Shown: piece after piece, positions 37,211 to 50,680 of the stretch
Layout: each line of letters opens with the position of its first letter
Position numbering within the stretch: position 1 is the stretch's first letter
Assembly: GCF_036588685.1 (NCBI RefSeq)
Contig: NC_086380.1
Span: forward strand, 23,870,001-23,934,000
DNA from: Mytilus trossulus
Lineage: Eukaryota
Direction: 5' to 3'
DNA: 64,000 bases
The notes under the pieces: model-generated
The model's input: the letters and a program-made list of their open reading frames with translations, nothing else
What the model was told of the DNA's origin: nothing
Database searches by the model: none
Translations under genes and position numbers: made by a program

Positions 37211-38828
37211 ATGTTAATGGTCATCATGGTAGACATTCAATCTGATCAAATTACAAGCAAAGCTATCAGCAAGTCGTAGACACTAGATCTGTATTTCAAT
37301 GAGATTTGTTGACCTTTTATCACTTTCAATATTTCGTTGATTCAAGTGTTCAATTCCCATTGATCATGTTGATTGGATTGTTCATGACATTCATGATTGC
37401 TGTACAAAAAATGTTGTTATTACTCTTTTTCACTTAAACAAACAATTACAAAATTAAGATTAAAAAATGTCATTTTGCATATTAACGACGGTTTATGACT
37501 ATTTAATTGTAACAATTGCTTTTGTCATTACTGTACACATGTTGCATGAAAGATAGTATGGATTATGATAATGTTGCCTAACTTGTTTCAAACTTAAGGC
37601 TTGTAAGGAATTTTTATCCTTGAAATGATATTCCAGTTTAATGTTAATTTTTTTTTTTAATATATAAGAGTGGGGCCAAACCTTGAAATGTGAAATTTTG
37701 TTTTTTACTCTATTTATCATGAGCTCAAGGTTGTTTTATACATTGTATATTGCTTTTTTTTATTTGGAATCTCATGCTTGAAATTTTGAGGCTGGTTTTG
37801 CATGGCTCTGAGCTCTCTGACATGGGTTAAGACGTGAAATATATGTAAATAGAGGCAAAACCTTCAATGATAATTTAGAAAATAAGTCAGTGCTTTTTCT
37901 ACTAAATTCATTCCAAATTTAACAAAAACAAACAATCAGTGGTTCATAATGTTCAAGAAAAGCATTATAGTATATAACACTTCAATATGTCAAGCGCATT
38001 TTGTGTCCTGCTTTGTTTGTTCTTTTACATTGTTCAGCTTTTTTCCTATTGTGTATCAAGCCTTGACTTATATGCTCTTAATAAAAGGGCTGGTTAAGTG
38101 ATATATGATGACAAAAATAAAACCCCAAACTCCATACAAACCTAATATCAATTAAATGGAATATATCCAAAGCAATAGCAAATATATTTCTTCTTTGGAC
38201 AGGCTTTTGAGAATTTGCTAATTCATTAAAAATTATTGGTCACTATTTTTTACCTGCATTCTTAATTTCTGTAGAGATCCTTAAGTTTAAAAAAAAAAAA
38301 AAGATTGTGCGATTGTCTTACTAGTTACCATGGCTTCTTATTTACTATAAATTCTGAAATTATTGTGTGCATTTTGTTTTTGCGATATAATCATTATAGA
38401 CTAGTATGCAATTTTAATATTTACAATATTGAGTAAACCCTGTTAAACTTATTATACAAAATATTTCAAAATACGAGTTTAAATTATTGCATTTTTTGCA
38501 ATTATGAAAACATCCCAATAACTTCTGAATTTACAGTATACCTTATATGTTTGATCATGTATGTTTCTTTTTAAAAAATGATGATCATGTTTTATAACTT
38601 CAGAACATATTTTGATGTATTTATATAATCCGGTGAGTGTAATAGATATTTCTGTATTTATCATGTGTATGGCTCATAATTATAGATTCAAATGTGCATC
38701 TATATAACGTTTAACTTATTTCTCTAAAGATATGTATTTGCACAGGTTGTTATGTAAACATAAATAAATATATCGCTGTTCAATAAAAATATTTGACAAA
38801 TTCTTGAATTTCTGTTTATTACATATGT

Positions 38829-40537
38829 CACTGTGCTTAAACGGCCGTGGGTAACTTAAGTTACCCACAGCCCAAGATGGAGCCGCCTGGCTTCGGTTAG
38901 GAAGTTTGCTCCTATATAATTACAATACCACGAATACAAAAGAAATGTTCAGTAATTAAAAAGTTAAATAAATCTTTTAGGGAAACTCTGCAATGTAAAA
39001 CGTGGTTTGTTACTTCAAAATAAACGATTACAGTACGATTTGCCAAATCACTGATGATGTCCGTAACTTCAAAACAACTTGTCCGTAACTTTTTTCCTTA
39101 TTCAAATAGGGATGTCCGTAACTTCAGCATGATGTCAGTAACTTTAAAAAAATCTTTATTCATGGATGTAATTATTTAAAAAAAGAAATGATAAATAACA
39201 AAAATACCGAACTCCTAGGAATATTCAAACTGGAAGTTCTTTATCATGTTTATGGAATGGCAAAGCCAAAAGTTCAATTTAACACTCCAAACGAATGGAA
39301 AACAACGGTCATATTCCTGCCTTTGCACAGACATTAAAAAGTAAAATTACAAAAATACTGAACTCTGAAGAAAATTCAAAAAGGAAAGTCCCTTATCAAA
39401 TGGAAAAATCCAAAGCTCAACCAAATGGATAACAACTGCGATTTTCCTGATGGTACAGGTATTTTCTTATGTAGAAAATTGTACGGCAAAATTAATGTAA
39501 TCATAAGTCTTACATTCTACTGGCTTTATAAATAGATTGTTAACGGCTTAAGTTTTAGATGATAAATCATGACATGCAGGTTATAAATCTCACCATTTCC
39601 ATCTGTAGAAATTACATTAATAGTGAACATATGAAAATCACCTTAAGAGAACAAGTTCGGAGGTCAATCCTTAGCAGAAATACATAGATGAATCAGCCCA
39701 AACCTCTAAAGAAGATATGTATGATTTGATACCCGATCTTATTGAATCCCTGAGGTCAATGAAACTTTTAGAATATTTTAAATCTACCTTTATTGCTATA
39801 ATAAACTGACCCCTGATCAACAATATAGCCTTCCATCTTCTCCGTAGATATTGGCATTTTTTTCTCACAATCAACAACGCATGACACTAGTCGATATAGT
39901 GAAGAGACCATACTTTTTTGGCTGACAATTCAGAAATCATTTAAAGGAAAGGATATCATTTTTTTTTCCGCGGCTACACAGGCCAAGGACTCATCAATGA
40001 ACAATTTATTAAGCCAGAGGAATGTTAGATTAATTTCGCCGTACCGTCAGGTCCCATTTTATCCCGGGAACAATTTAAAAAAAAATTAACGGAAAATCAG
40101 TGACACTCTGGTTTGCTGTTTTCTCTTGTTTAGTTTGAAGCATATCGTTATTGTATAAATCTATGTAATAATTAAGGGGTTTGAAAGTGTTTATTGTCCT
40201 TTAAGTGTTGAAATTGTTAATCTTACAATTTTGAATAAAAAAAGTTACCCACATCCGAAAATAAAGTTACGGACACTCTGATTATTTTTGACTTATAAGT
40301 TACGGACATCTTATGCACTTTTTAAATGTTGGCCTTGCGCTAAAGTGAAGTCAAAATTAAAAAAATTGTAGTGATGGTAAGTGATTTCTTTATTCAAAAA
40401 TCCTATCAATATTTAAATAGATCATGAAAAACGCTGGCAAAAGTAGATTTCGTATCAACTATCATCTCAGCAAATTTAGAGTCCGCCATATTGGGCTGTG
40501 GGTAACTTAAGTTACCCACGGCCGTTTAAGCACAGTG
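38829..40537. mobile_element. Non-autonomous DNA transposon, 47-bp perfect TIRs beginning CACTGTG, ATATGT flanking duplication
   Basis: atatgt|CACTGTGCTTAAACGGCCGTGGGTAACTTAAGTTACCCACAGCCCAA ... exact inverse|atatgt. Subterminal GTCCGTAACTT repeats; no coding capacity seen. Confidence 0.9.
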
Positions 40538-41500
40538 ATATGTTGGACACGACTCTTGAATGCTACTTCATTGAACAAGTCAAAATGGGAGATAACTCTG
40601 GCAGTCCTAGGTAAAATCTAATTCATTTTTATGTTCCAGTTGTATTGTGTGGTTCAGTAAACATGGTAAAGGTATTTTACAACTTCTTGAATTTCTGTTT
40701 TAATGCATAGCCAGATTGCTACTTCATTGAAAGAATATAAATGGGAGGTAACTCTGACAGTCATCAATGAAAACTGTTTCATTTTATATTTTTCAATTGT
40801 TACAACAAAGGAAATATTAACATAATCTGTTACAGTATTTTTAAAGATAAATTTTCTTAAAATTTAAATATTAATGTAAACACAATCCCTCAAGAAAAAT
40901 ATTTGAAAGGTTTCAGTTGTATTGTGGTTCAGTAAAGGTATTTTACAATTTCTTCAATTTCTTTTTTATTGCATATGTTGGACATAAAAGTCACATAATT
41001 CTCGAATGCTACTTCATTTAAAGAATCAAAATGTATGGTAACTCTGGCAGTCATAAATGAAAACTGTTTCATTTTATATGTTTCAATTGTAATCATAATC
41101 TGTTAAAGTACTTTTTAAAGATGAATTTCCTTAAAATTAAATATTAATGTAGAAATCAATCCCTCAAGAAAATGTTTTGAACATTTCAGGTGTACAAAAT
41201 GTATTTCTGTTCAATAAAAGTATCTTACAACGTCATGAATTTCTTTTTTATAACATATGTTGGACATAATTCTTGATTGCTACTTCATTGAGAGAGTCAA
41301 AATGGGAGATAACCCTGGCAATCCTAAATAAAAAAACTGATTCATGTTTCAGTTGTTACAACAAACTGGGAACGGTATATCTACTGGTATGTTCCTGCAA
41401 CAAAGAAGATACTAACATAAACTGTTGTATTTTTTATGATGAATATTCTAAAAATATAAATATTTATGTCAAAACAACCCCTCAAGAAAATTATTTTAAA
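40538..41500. repeat. Degenerate tandem duplications (TGCTACTTCATT.AA.GA.TCAAAATGGGAG.TAACTCTGGCAGTC unit)
   Basis: Motif recurs at ~40561, 40717, 41008 and 41278; the first unit is interrupted by the CACTGTG transposon. Confidence 0.7.
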
Positions 41501-42268
41501 CATTTTAATTCTCTTACTTCTTTAGCTTGTAAATATTTTTACATTGTAGATTTTGGTCTTTGTAAGTTCAACTTGTCATACATGTCCAGAAGTTCTTTCA
41601 TCAGTGATTCACTATATCTTTCAAGTTTTATAACAAAAATTCGTCAATTTCACCAGCTTTCCATTACAGCTTGTTTTTGATGTATAAAAAATAAGCTGTG
41701 ATATGATTGCCAATGAGACAACTCTCCACAAGTGACCAAATGAAGCAAAAATAACAGCTATAGGTCACTGTGTGACCTACAGCAATTAGCAAAGCATATA
41801 GACAGGTATAAAAGGCCCCAAAATCTCAAATGCCATGAAATTGAGGTCTCCTTCTGACCTTTCTGTACACTCCTATGCTATTATAGTGCTCTCCTGTGCT
41901 TTTTGTTTTTAAGGAAAATTTTAACTACTTCGAAATACTATCAATACAGACAAATTGCTATTATTTCTTTAACCATCTTAATTTTTCTCTATAAACATTA
42001 CCAACTACCAAGTGTCCCCTTTAAATCAAGAAGTCTAGCTATTTTGTCCATCATCTTAATATTGTGTCCCAATACCCTTTCATCTTACATAAAACACTGT
42101 TGAAATGTTTTAAGTATTTCAATTGATTACCCCTTGACAATAATTTAACGTAATGTGACCTGTATAAGTCAAAGATTAAGTATTCTAACAATAAGTATAT
42201 ATATTCATAAGTCTCAAATATCCATGTTATATTAGTTTTAGAGTAAATAAAAATATTCTCAATATCCT

Positions 42269-42302
42269 CAAGGATTTGTATAGTTAACTATACAAATCCT
42301 TG
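42269..42302. mobile_element. 34-bp perfect palindromic insertion with near-perfect 7-bp TSD
   Basis: atatcct|CAAGGATTTGTATAGTTAACTATACAAATCCTTG|atatcat. Confidence 0.6.
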
Positions 42303-44049
42303 ATATCATTAACATTGGTATTTTTTTTTAAACCAAAACAAATAATTTGACATTATTTCCACAAATATAAAGCAATGTATTAAATGTATTAAATAGCAAT
42401 ATATTTTTATTGATTATTTTTGTACAGGATTAAAATTCCTTTGTCAGGAATATTTTTTGTCTGGGTTTCAAAGGTTTTAAAGCAGTAGAAATGATTCTAA
42501 TAGATTTAAATTTTAGTATTTAAGGTTAGAATTCACAATGACATCCATTGTTTACTTATAATACCATTATTATAATTACCAATCATTTCATAAAAAAAGA
42601 AATTTAAACTTTTAAACATATAGAATTCCACTTATCTTATTTCGCTTAGTTATTGTGTATTGGGGTTATGTTTCAAGAGGACATTCCTTTCAACTGGTAA
42701 TGTGTATTGGGGTTATTTTACAAAAGTGATATCCTTTCATTTGGTATTATGTATTGGGATTATATTACAGAGAGGAAATTCCTGTCATGTTATATTGTGT
42801 ATTCCGTCAGTTGTTTACAAAAGATCAGTATAGCATATAAAATCATCTAAATAAACAAAAAGAGAGAAATGTCATATATTGATTTGTGTTCAATGGAATA
42901 CAATGTTTCTTTTGATCCATGAAATTATTTTATACAAAACTTTTTTTTTCTAAATATTATTGATATAAGACTTAGTATATCAAAGTTTGTATATTGGAAT
43001 TTGAAATTGTTTTTTGAAGACATAAAATGTACAATGTTTCTCTGTGGTGCATGAAATTCTGTTGTTTTTTTCTTCTTTCTTTTTTCATTTAATATGGATA
43101 TAACCCTTTAGTATCATATCAGAATTCTAATAATTCATTTAAAATATTTTTTAAAGCCTTGAAAGTATGAACATTTTAACAAAGAACAAAAGTACATGCA
43201 TATCAAATAATTGTCTTTCATCTTTCCCTTTTGGGTTTTCCCCACCTATCAAGTGGCCTTGCTGTCTGAGTAGCCTAAGTGGTTTTTGACATTTAAGTGT
43301 TTAATAATTTCAGTGGCTTATCATATTTGGGATATACATTTTTTTAGCTAAATTTGATTTCAGCTGCTTGATTGGGATAGGGAATCGGAAGATGAGTTTA
43401 CAAAGGAGACTGCTGTAACAAAGTCTGGCCTTCAACAAGGAGCCTTGGCTCACACTAAACAGCAAGCCATCAAAGCACCCAAAATGACTAGTGGAAAGCA
43501 ATTATCGACGGTATAACAATATAATCTATATAGCCAACTACTTAAAAACAGGTTCCGGAATGGGAATATGAATTGGACCTATCACAAAACAGATTTATTC
43601 AATACAACTGTCCAAAAAACATGTTTTTGGCTATTTCATATTTGCTTGCTTATTATTCAGTTGCAAATATATCAAGTACATTTTGAACTATTCAAAACAA
43701 GAAATATCAGAATACTATTTGCTTTCAAAGAGGCTACATGTCTTTTGTTGTTTGGTTTCTGTTAAATAGTTGAGTCACCGAAACCTACATTGAGCCATTA
43801 ATGGCTCTGACTTAGCTTTGTATAAAAGCATCTTAGAAACTGTTGGAAGAAGGAGGTATGACTTTCCAACTATTTTTTTTAGCTTTGGCATTGTATGATA
43901 ATCGTATATTTATTTATAATTAAATTGATAACGGTCCGTTTAAAACAGGATCCCCACTCACCAGGACTTTGCTTCTCAAACAAGACTGATTCCTGTTGAT
44001 ATAGGTAAAAGATCATATTCGTACAATACACAAAACGCGAATATAATTG

Positions 44050-45530
44050 AAATTAATAGAGAAAAAATAACGGACTTAGGAAAAAGGGGGAGGGCAAAAA
44101 TAATTGTCCTGCAGACCCAAGAAACTATGTTTAAGACGAGTCAAGTACAATGGAAATGATCACGAGTCGGTCAAAATTTGTTTGAAGGTATAAGATCGTA
44201 TAACCTTCAAAAAAATTTCATTGAAAAAAGTCTTTCTAATAAATAGATAACAGCAAAAAGATATGTACCAGGAAATATTATTTCACCGACAAATTAGTAA
44301 AATGATGAGCACAAGCTTCCCCAGGGCACATGTCCCACAATTGAAAATTGACATTTTGAACTATGGCGAAGGAGTAGTTTGTTACACCCAGTTTATGAAA
44401 GTCTCAGAAATATTACCAATTCTGTCAGCCATTTATTATTTATGAATTACAATTATGAAATTGGTATGCGGATGCCATATTTGGGATCAAATGGAGCAAA
44501 AAACATCTCAAATCCTATGAACTCTAAACGTAGTTCGGTGTTGAACTATAGCTGCATCAACAGTGCAAGGATTTCTGTTATGCACGACGTGGCTTGTCAT
44601 ATTAAGATTCACAAATCATTTTCAAAGACAGGAACATGTTGAAACCGGTTATAAACAAGTCCTTATAAGAGTGACAGTATACATACTACTACATTTAAGA
44701 CCGTACGCACCACAGACAGTCATAAAGTAAATAATCATGTCACTACCATAGCTCAGGTTAAGAACTTTTCTGAACATTTGAAGGATCTCACTATGTATTG
44801 GCTACATAAATTACAAAAAAAACCCATACAGATTCAATACATCTCGGTTTCTAGTATCTGTTCTACTTCTTATTCCTTTCTGTACCTTTAACGAGCTCTT
44901 TTACTACTTCCAAAGACCTTAAAATTATTTTATTTGTTACAAAACATGAAAATAGTGAAATTTACCATTTTTGAATCGGATGACAGTTTTGACTTTCCCA
45001 CTCTTTATACAACACTCCGACACAATCTTATCAAACAAAAGTCTTCCTATTAAATGTAGTTGTCGTTTAATAAATTTGATTGCAAATTTATTTTTGGCCA
45101 GTTTCTGCAATAAAGTTTGTCGACAGGTTGTATGTATTCATATGGGTACCGATTGGACCCCTTACATGTATGATAGCAGACTTGTTCCTTTACTATAGTG
45201 AATCAGTTTATGACCACAAAAGAAGCGTCTTAATTTCATTCAATTGATTAATTAAACAACACTGTCGTTATCTTATAATTGGTGATATTTGTTCAATAAA
45301 AAATCAAGAACTCTCTAAATATACTGCTTAAATTTCCCCAATGGAACTTACTTTGAATAAGTCAAATATAAACAGTAAACAATACTTTCCTACATTATAT
45401 AACTCAGCGTTACACCAGAAACTCTACACAAAAGTTAACGTCAAAAGGGATGATTTTCCCCCCTATATCGTTAATCTTCCCTTTTAGAAGAAGATGTTCC
45501 TGTGGCACCGTTTTACGGCGTTTATATTAT
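44050..45530 (+). pseudogene. Highly degraded Penelope-like reverse transcriptase relic
   Basis: Remnant motifs RQVVCIHMGTDWTP (Q..GIPMGT.CAP-like) at ~45121 and KRDDF...IVNLPF at ~45443, with many stops and frameshifts. Boundaries approximate. Confidence 0.55.
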
Positions 45531-46669
45531 TTAATGTATTTATTTGCATCGATCTGATGAGATTATCCGTTTTCAACTGAGTTTTGTTAGATTGTTTTTA
45601 TGTTCCACTATATATATACCATATTAGAGGAGGGTTGAGCGCTTCTGTGTATGTCTGTTCGAATGTAGGAGCCTGTTGTTTAGTGGTTGTCGTTTGATAT
45701 TGTCAGTCATAATTGTTTTTCGTAACTTTTTGTTATAAATTAGGTCTTTATAGTTTTCTCAATTGAATTGTTTCATATTTTCCCTCTTGGGCCTTTTATG
45801 GACGACTATACGGTATGGGGTTTTCTCATTTTTGAAGGCCGTACGGTTACCTATAGTTGTTAATGTTTGTGTCATTATGGTCTTTAGTGGAAAGTTGTCT
45901 CATTGGCAATAGTACCACATCTTCTTTTTTATATTTAGTTGCTTAAATCCACTTCATTTAAACTTTGCGGATGCTTGTCTCATTGACAATTATACCGCAT
46001 CTCTATGATACCCTACTCCTTTAAGTGTGCATTAAACAAACTAGGGTAAAAACTAGTAATAAGCAAAGGATTAAATCTACAGGAAGACTAAAACACAAAA
46101 CTCTATTGAAACTTAAGTTAAGTGAAGTTTTATAATGGAAACGATAAAGAAGTGAGTCTGCTAAGAATTTAGAAGTTGTTTGAGGGTGTAACTTTCAAAA
46201 CAAAACCATCCACTCAAAAATAGATAGCACTGACATAATTGTACCACTCTTACAGCAAATATAATTTCATTGATATTCTATAGTGAGTTGATCAGTTTAA
46301 GCTTTTGATGGGCACTTATCTCATAATTTAAGTTGATATATCGAATTTTGGCTGTAGTGAAATAGTCGCTTGTTATACAAAGTCAAATATAGACAAAGTA
46401 CAGAAACCAAAATAAATGAAATTGAAAGAATCCATATGTATATATATAGTTGAGCTATAATAGGTGCACTAAAAAAAATGTAAAAATTTGAGAATGGACA
46501 TTTGAAACATATCGAGACACAGCTCGACCAAAGAGCAGAAAACTTAAGTGTAGCGATGTTCTGTTCTGTCATATCTAGATAAATAAGTCATTGTGAAGGC
46601 AGGAAAATGACTAACCCAGTTATAAACTGGTCATGTGAAGTTAAGAGTATACATCTGCTAGCTAAATCT

Positions 46670-47470
46670 CAAGTACGAGACCATGTTAAGGCCAATGTTT
46701 CGCCACAACGAGAACATACTTTGACAAATGGATCTCCATTACGAGAACATGCTCCGATGAATGGATTTTAAGCAGGAGTGCATGCTCTGAAAATGGATCT
46801 CCATTACAAGAACATGCTCTGACAAATGTATCTCAACTATGAGAATATGATTTTACAATTGAATCTAATGTATGAGAACAGGCTTTACAAATAAATTTCA
46901 GTTAAGAGAACATTATCTGATAGAACGATATCAATTATGAGAACTTGCTTTGTCAAATGGATCTCTAGTATGAGATCATGCTCTGACGAATGGATCTCCA
47001 GTATGAGAACATGTTCTGAAAATTGATTTCTATTATAAGAACATGACCAGACAAATGAATTTACTTAATAAGAATATGCTCTGACGAATAAATCTCAAGA
47101 ATAAGAACATGCGCTCACAACTGAATATCAATTATGAGAACATGCTTTGACAAATTGATCTTAGGTATGAGAATATGAGAACACGCTCTGACAAATAGAT
47201 TGTCATTATGAGAACATGTTCTGAAGAATAAATCTCAAGTATGAGAGAAAAAAACCTTACGAATGGACCTCCAGTATGAGAACTTGCTCAGACAAATGAA
47301 ATTCCATTAAAAGAATATCTGACAGATCGATTTCAATTACGTACGAGTACATGCATTGACAAATGGATCTCCAGAGCATGAGAACATGGTTGACAAATGA
47401 ATAAAAAGATTGAGAACATGCTCGAATAAATTAATCTCTAGTATATATATGAGAACATGCTCTGATAAAT
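46670..47470. repeat. Minisatellite, ~32-bp unit (TATGAGAACATGCTCTGACAAATGGATCTCCAG), ~25 degenerate copies
   Basis: GAGAACATGCT core recurring at ~32-bp periodicity. Confidence 0.9.
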
Positions 47471-47477
47471 TAATCTC

Positions 47478-47784
47478 AAATTAACATCATGAGTTAGAAT
47501 CCCGATGAGGGAAGAACAAAACAAAATTACTCTCAAGTATGAACATATATGCTTTCGCAAATTTACAGATCTAAAATTGTTGGGCTGATTTTTAGACGAA
47601 TGACACATATTCCGTCAAACATCAGCCCAACAATGTTAGATCTGTAAATTTGCAAAATATAATTCGTCTAAACATCAGCCACAACAATTTTAGATCTGTA
47701 AATTTGCGAAAGCATATGTTCATACTTGAGAGTAATTTTTTTTTGTTCTTCCCTCACCGGGATTCTAACTCATGATGTTAATTT
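47478..47784. repeat. Fold-back (inverted) duplication of a SINE-like fragment, ~123-bp arms
   Basis: 47478-47601 is approximately the reverse complement of 47662-47784; same family as 34496-34902. Confidence 0.8.
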
Positions 47785-50324
47785 GTTTTTGTTCTAAACA
47801 TTATGAAATATTTCGCACTGGACGTTCGACAGCCAATAACAATCAATCTTCAAGACCCGTTTAAAACATCTACCATTCTGTTAAAAACTACAGCCATATT
47901 GAGGATTTTGTACCCACTTCCCGTATCCAACTTCTATAAAAAGACCATAAAGTATCTCAAGTATTGCTCCAATCTCAAACGTTTATAATCGAGGACCAAT
48001 AAATAATTCGTATGTATTGCTTTGTCATTCATGCAGTTATATTGATAACAGGACAACAGAACACCTGGTTTATTTTTGTTGTTCAATATATTTTCTATCT
48101 TTGTATATAAGACTATATTTATTTCATGACTTTTTTTGGTGTAGTATCTCATTATCCACCCTATATACTTGGTCCATGGCGTTTAAAATCTTGTTTAAAT
48201 CTGTTACGGTGCTTGCTTTATTCAAGGGTCAGTCTTGTTTTTGTGCAATGTATATATACTAATATTTGTTCACCATTTCATGATTTGACATCCTGCTGGA
48301 TTTTTGTGGTCCAATATAAAAAAGAGGATATCGTAACTAATGAGACAAATCTCCACAAGAGACAAAATGACACATAAATTAACAGCTGTAGGTCACGGTA
48401 CGGTCTGCAACAATGAGCAAAACCCATACCGCGTAGTCAGTTATAAAAATAACAGAAATCGCACATTTAAAGCATCACTCAGAAGTAAAAATTTTCAAAC
48501 GTGTTATTTTAGTGTCCACATATTCTGTATAGTAAACACGTTCAAGGAAAACGTATACCATGCAGCATAACCTACGTTAACATATAACAGACTAAGTAAG
48601 TTAGTTTTGTTTCGATGTCTAGATATAAACCTTGTAGAGGAATGATTTTTTATGCTTTCAATCTAGGACAGGAACAAATGTAAATAAGAAAATGCTATAT
48701 TTTCACACCCCAAAATCTACTCCCGAGTATTTAAATATAACAACCAGTCCGAACTGTCCACTTTCCGTACCACTCCCAAGAGATTGAGGACAAATAAACC
48801 ATAATACTATTACTGTTTGAACACACTTAAAGTGTAAACATTTTAAGGTAACTTTTCAAACATTAATTTTATTTTCTTTATTAATTATTGACAAGTAACT
48901 GTTAATAGAACTTAAGCTATATTCATCTGAAATTTAAACAATTTCCAAACTTTGACATGTAATTGAAGATTGTTTGACAAATAATTCCTGACTTATTAAT
49001 TAGTTTGGGGATTTTTTCATTGGTAAACGAGAAAGAAATCCCCTTTTATGAGTATTATGGTCTGCATGGGTGGGGGTCCTTTAATTCTGTGTTCATTTAT
49101 TATAATGCTATGACTTTTCCCCTCTTAAATGTTGACCATTATTCTCCATTTTATATATTTTAGCCACAGTCACTTGTCTCAGAAAAAAAGTTAAATTAAG
49201 GTATATAGGGGAAAAAAGTGCCTGTGATTTTATAGCATCTCATTATTCTCTATTCTTTAATTTTAGGCCTATTTTTCTCTAATCTTAAATTTGTTTTTAT
49301 TGCACTATTGGCCTATTGGTTCCCTATTCAGTAAACCACGTCTAGACCCTTAATTGGTCAGTATTGGTTTTGGGTTCACTCTAGTTGAAAATCATTGTAA
49401 AATATTGGGAGCACGATGTATTCGATTCACGTTTTGCATTTTTTATTCACCAATTGGCGTTTATTTATCATTAGATTTTCGATCAAATTTCGATGGGAAT
49501 TCAACAACACCATCTTCTCTTCTTAAGATATATCGATGATGAATAGATGGTTCATCGATATTTCTTATTTTTACCACATCACTTCTAAATCCAAAATACT
49601 TTTTCCATAAGTAGCAATGCAATTTCGTTTACATCATGTGAAATAGAACTACATTTATTATGCATAAGAACGTGCAAAAGAGTAGTATACATGCATTAAA
49701 TTATTTTTATGTTAGCTGGGACATCATATGCATGTTAGTATAGCTATTCCCAGATGTTAGCTGTCAAGTAGATATGTCTACATGCTGCTTTAGTTGACGT
49801 CTTTGCTGTTAACATCTTTACTTCACATTTGTTTTAAAGTGCATATAGGTACTAGGTAAAAGTTTTGTTTTTTCTAGAGATATTGGTACCATTCGGCAAT
49901 CCTCGGTAGAATCCGCTACTCTCATTCGGAGGTAGGCTGGTCCTCTCCCTTGCAACATACGGGTATCACAGCCAAACAGATAAAGGACAGAGAACCAGTC
50001 TAATTCTGAGGGTACGGAATCGGCCAAGTTGAGACGAATGATATTGGTACCAGTTCTCTCACGTCACGCCTCGCCGACTCAAACAAACGTAAAACACAAA
50101 CATAAACGTGCGTCTGGCGTATATACTAAATTTAGTACTGGTATCTATGATGAGTTTACATACACAATTTGCCGTACTAGTAATTGTTTTCGCGTTACAT
50201 CCCATCTGAATAATTTGAATGCAATTCTTATACTGAAAAAATGGTGATATAGTCACAAAACTATTCAGCGGTAAACAAGTATAATTAAATGCATTGACAG
50301 TCAATATACATACATGTACATAGA

Positions 50325-50680
50325 TATAAGAAGATGTGGTATGAAAGCCAATGAGACTACTCTCCATCCATGCAAGTCAGAATTTGTAAAAGGAAAAAAT
50401 ATTATAGGTCAAATATAAAAAAAGAAGATGTGGTATGATGGTCAATGAGACAACTATCCACAAAAGACCGAAATGGCACAGAAATTAACATATAGGTCAC
50501 CATACGGTTTTCAACAATGAGCAAAGCTCATACGGCAATCAGCTATAGAGGACCCCGATAAGACAATGTAAAACAATTCAAACGAGAAAACTAACGGCCT
50601 TATTTATGTAAAAAAAAATGAACAAAAAACAAATATGTAACACATAAACAAACGACAACCACTGAAAATACAGGCTCCCG
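50325..50680 (+). repeat. Two adjacent copies of the AAGAAGATGTGGTATG repeat family
   Basis: Closely matches 7731-7995. Confidence 0.8.

Noticed and set aside
45553-45582. CTGATGAG hammerhead half-core (also at ~17207 on the minus strand)
   Set aside because: No GAAA after a stem; it is part of the common interspersed repeat.
46670-47470. CRISPR-like periodic repeat
   Set aside because: The intervening sequences resemble each other (no unique spacers), there are no cas genes and the context is eukaryotic; it is a minisatellite.
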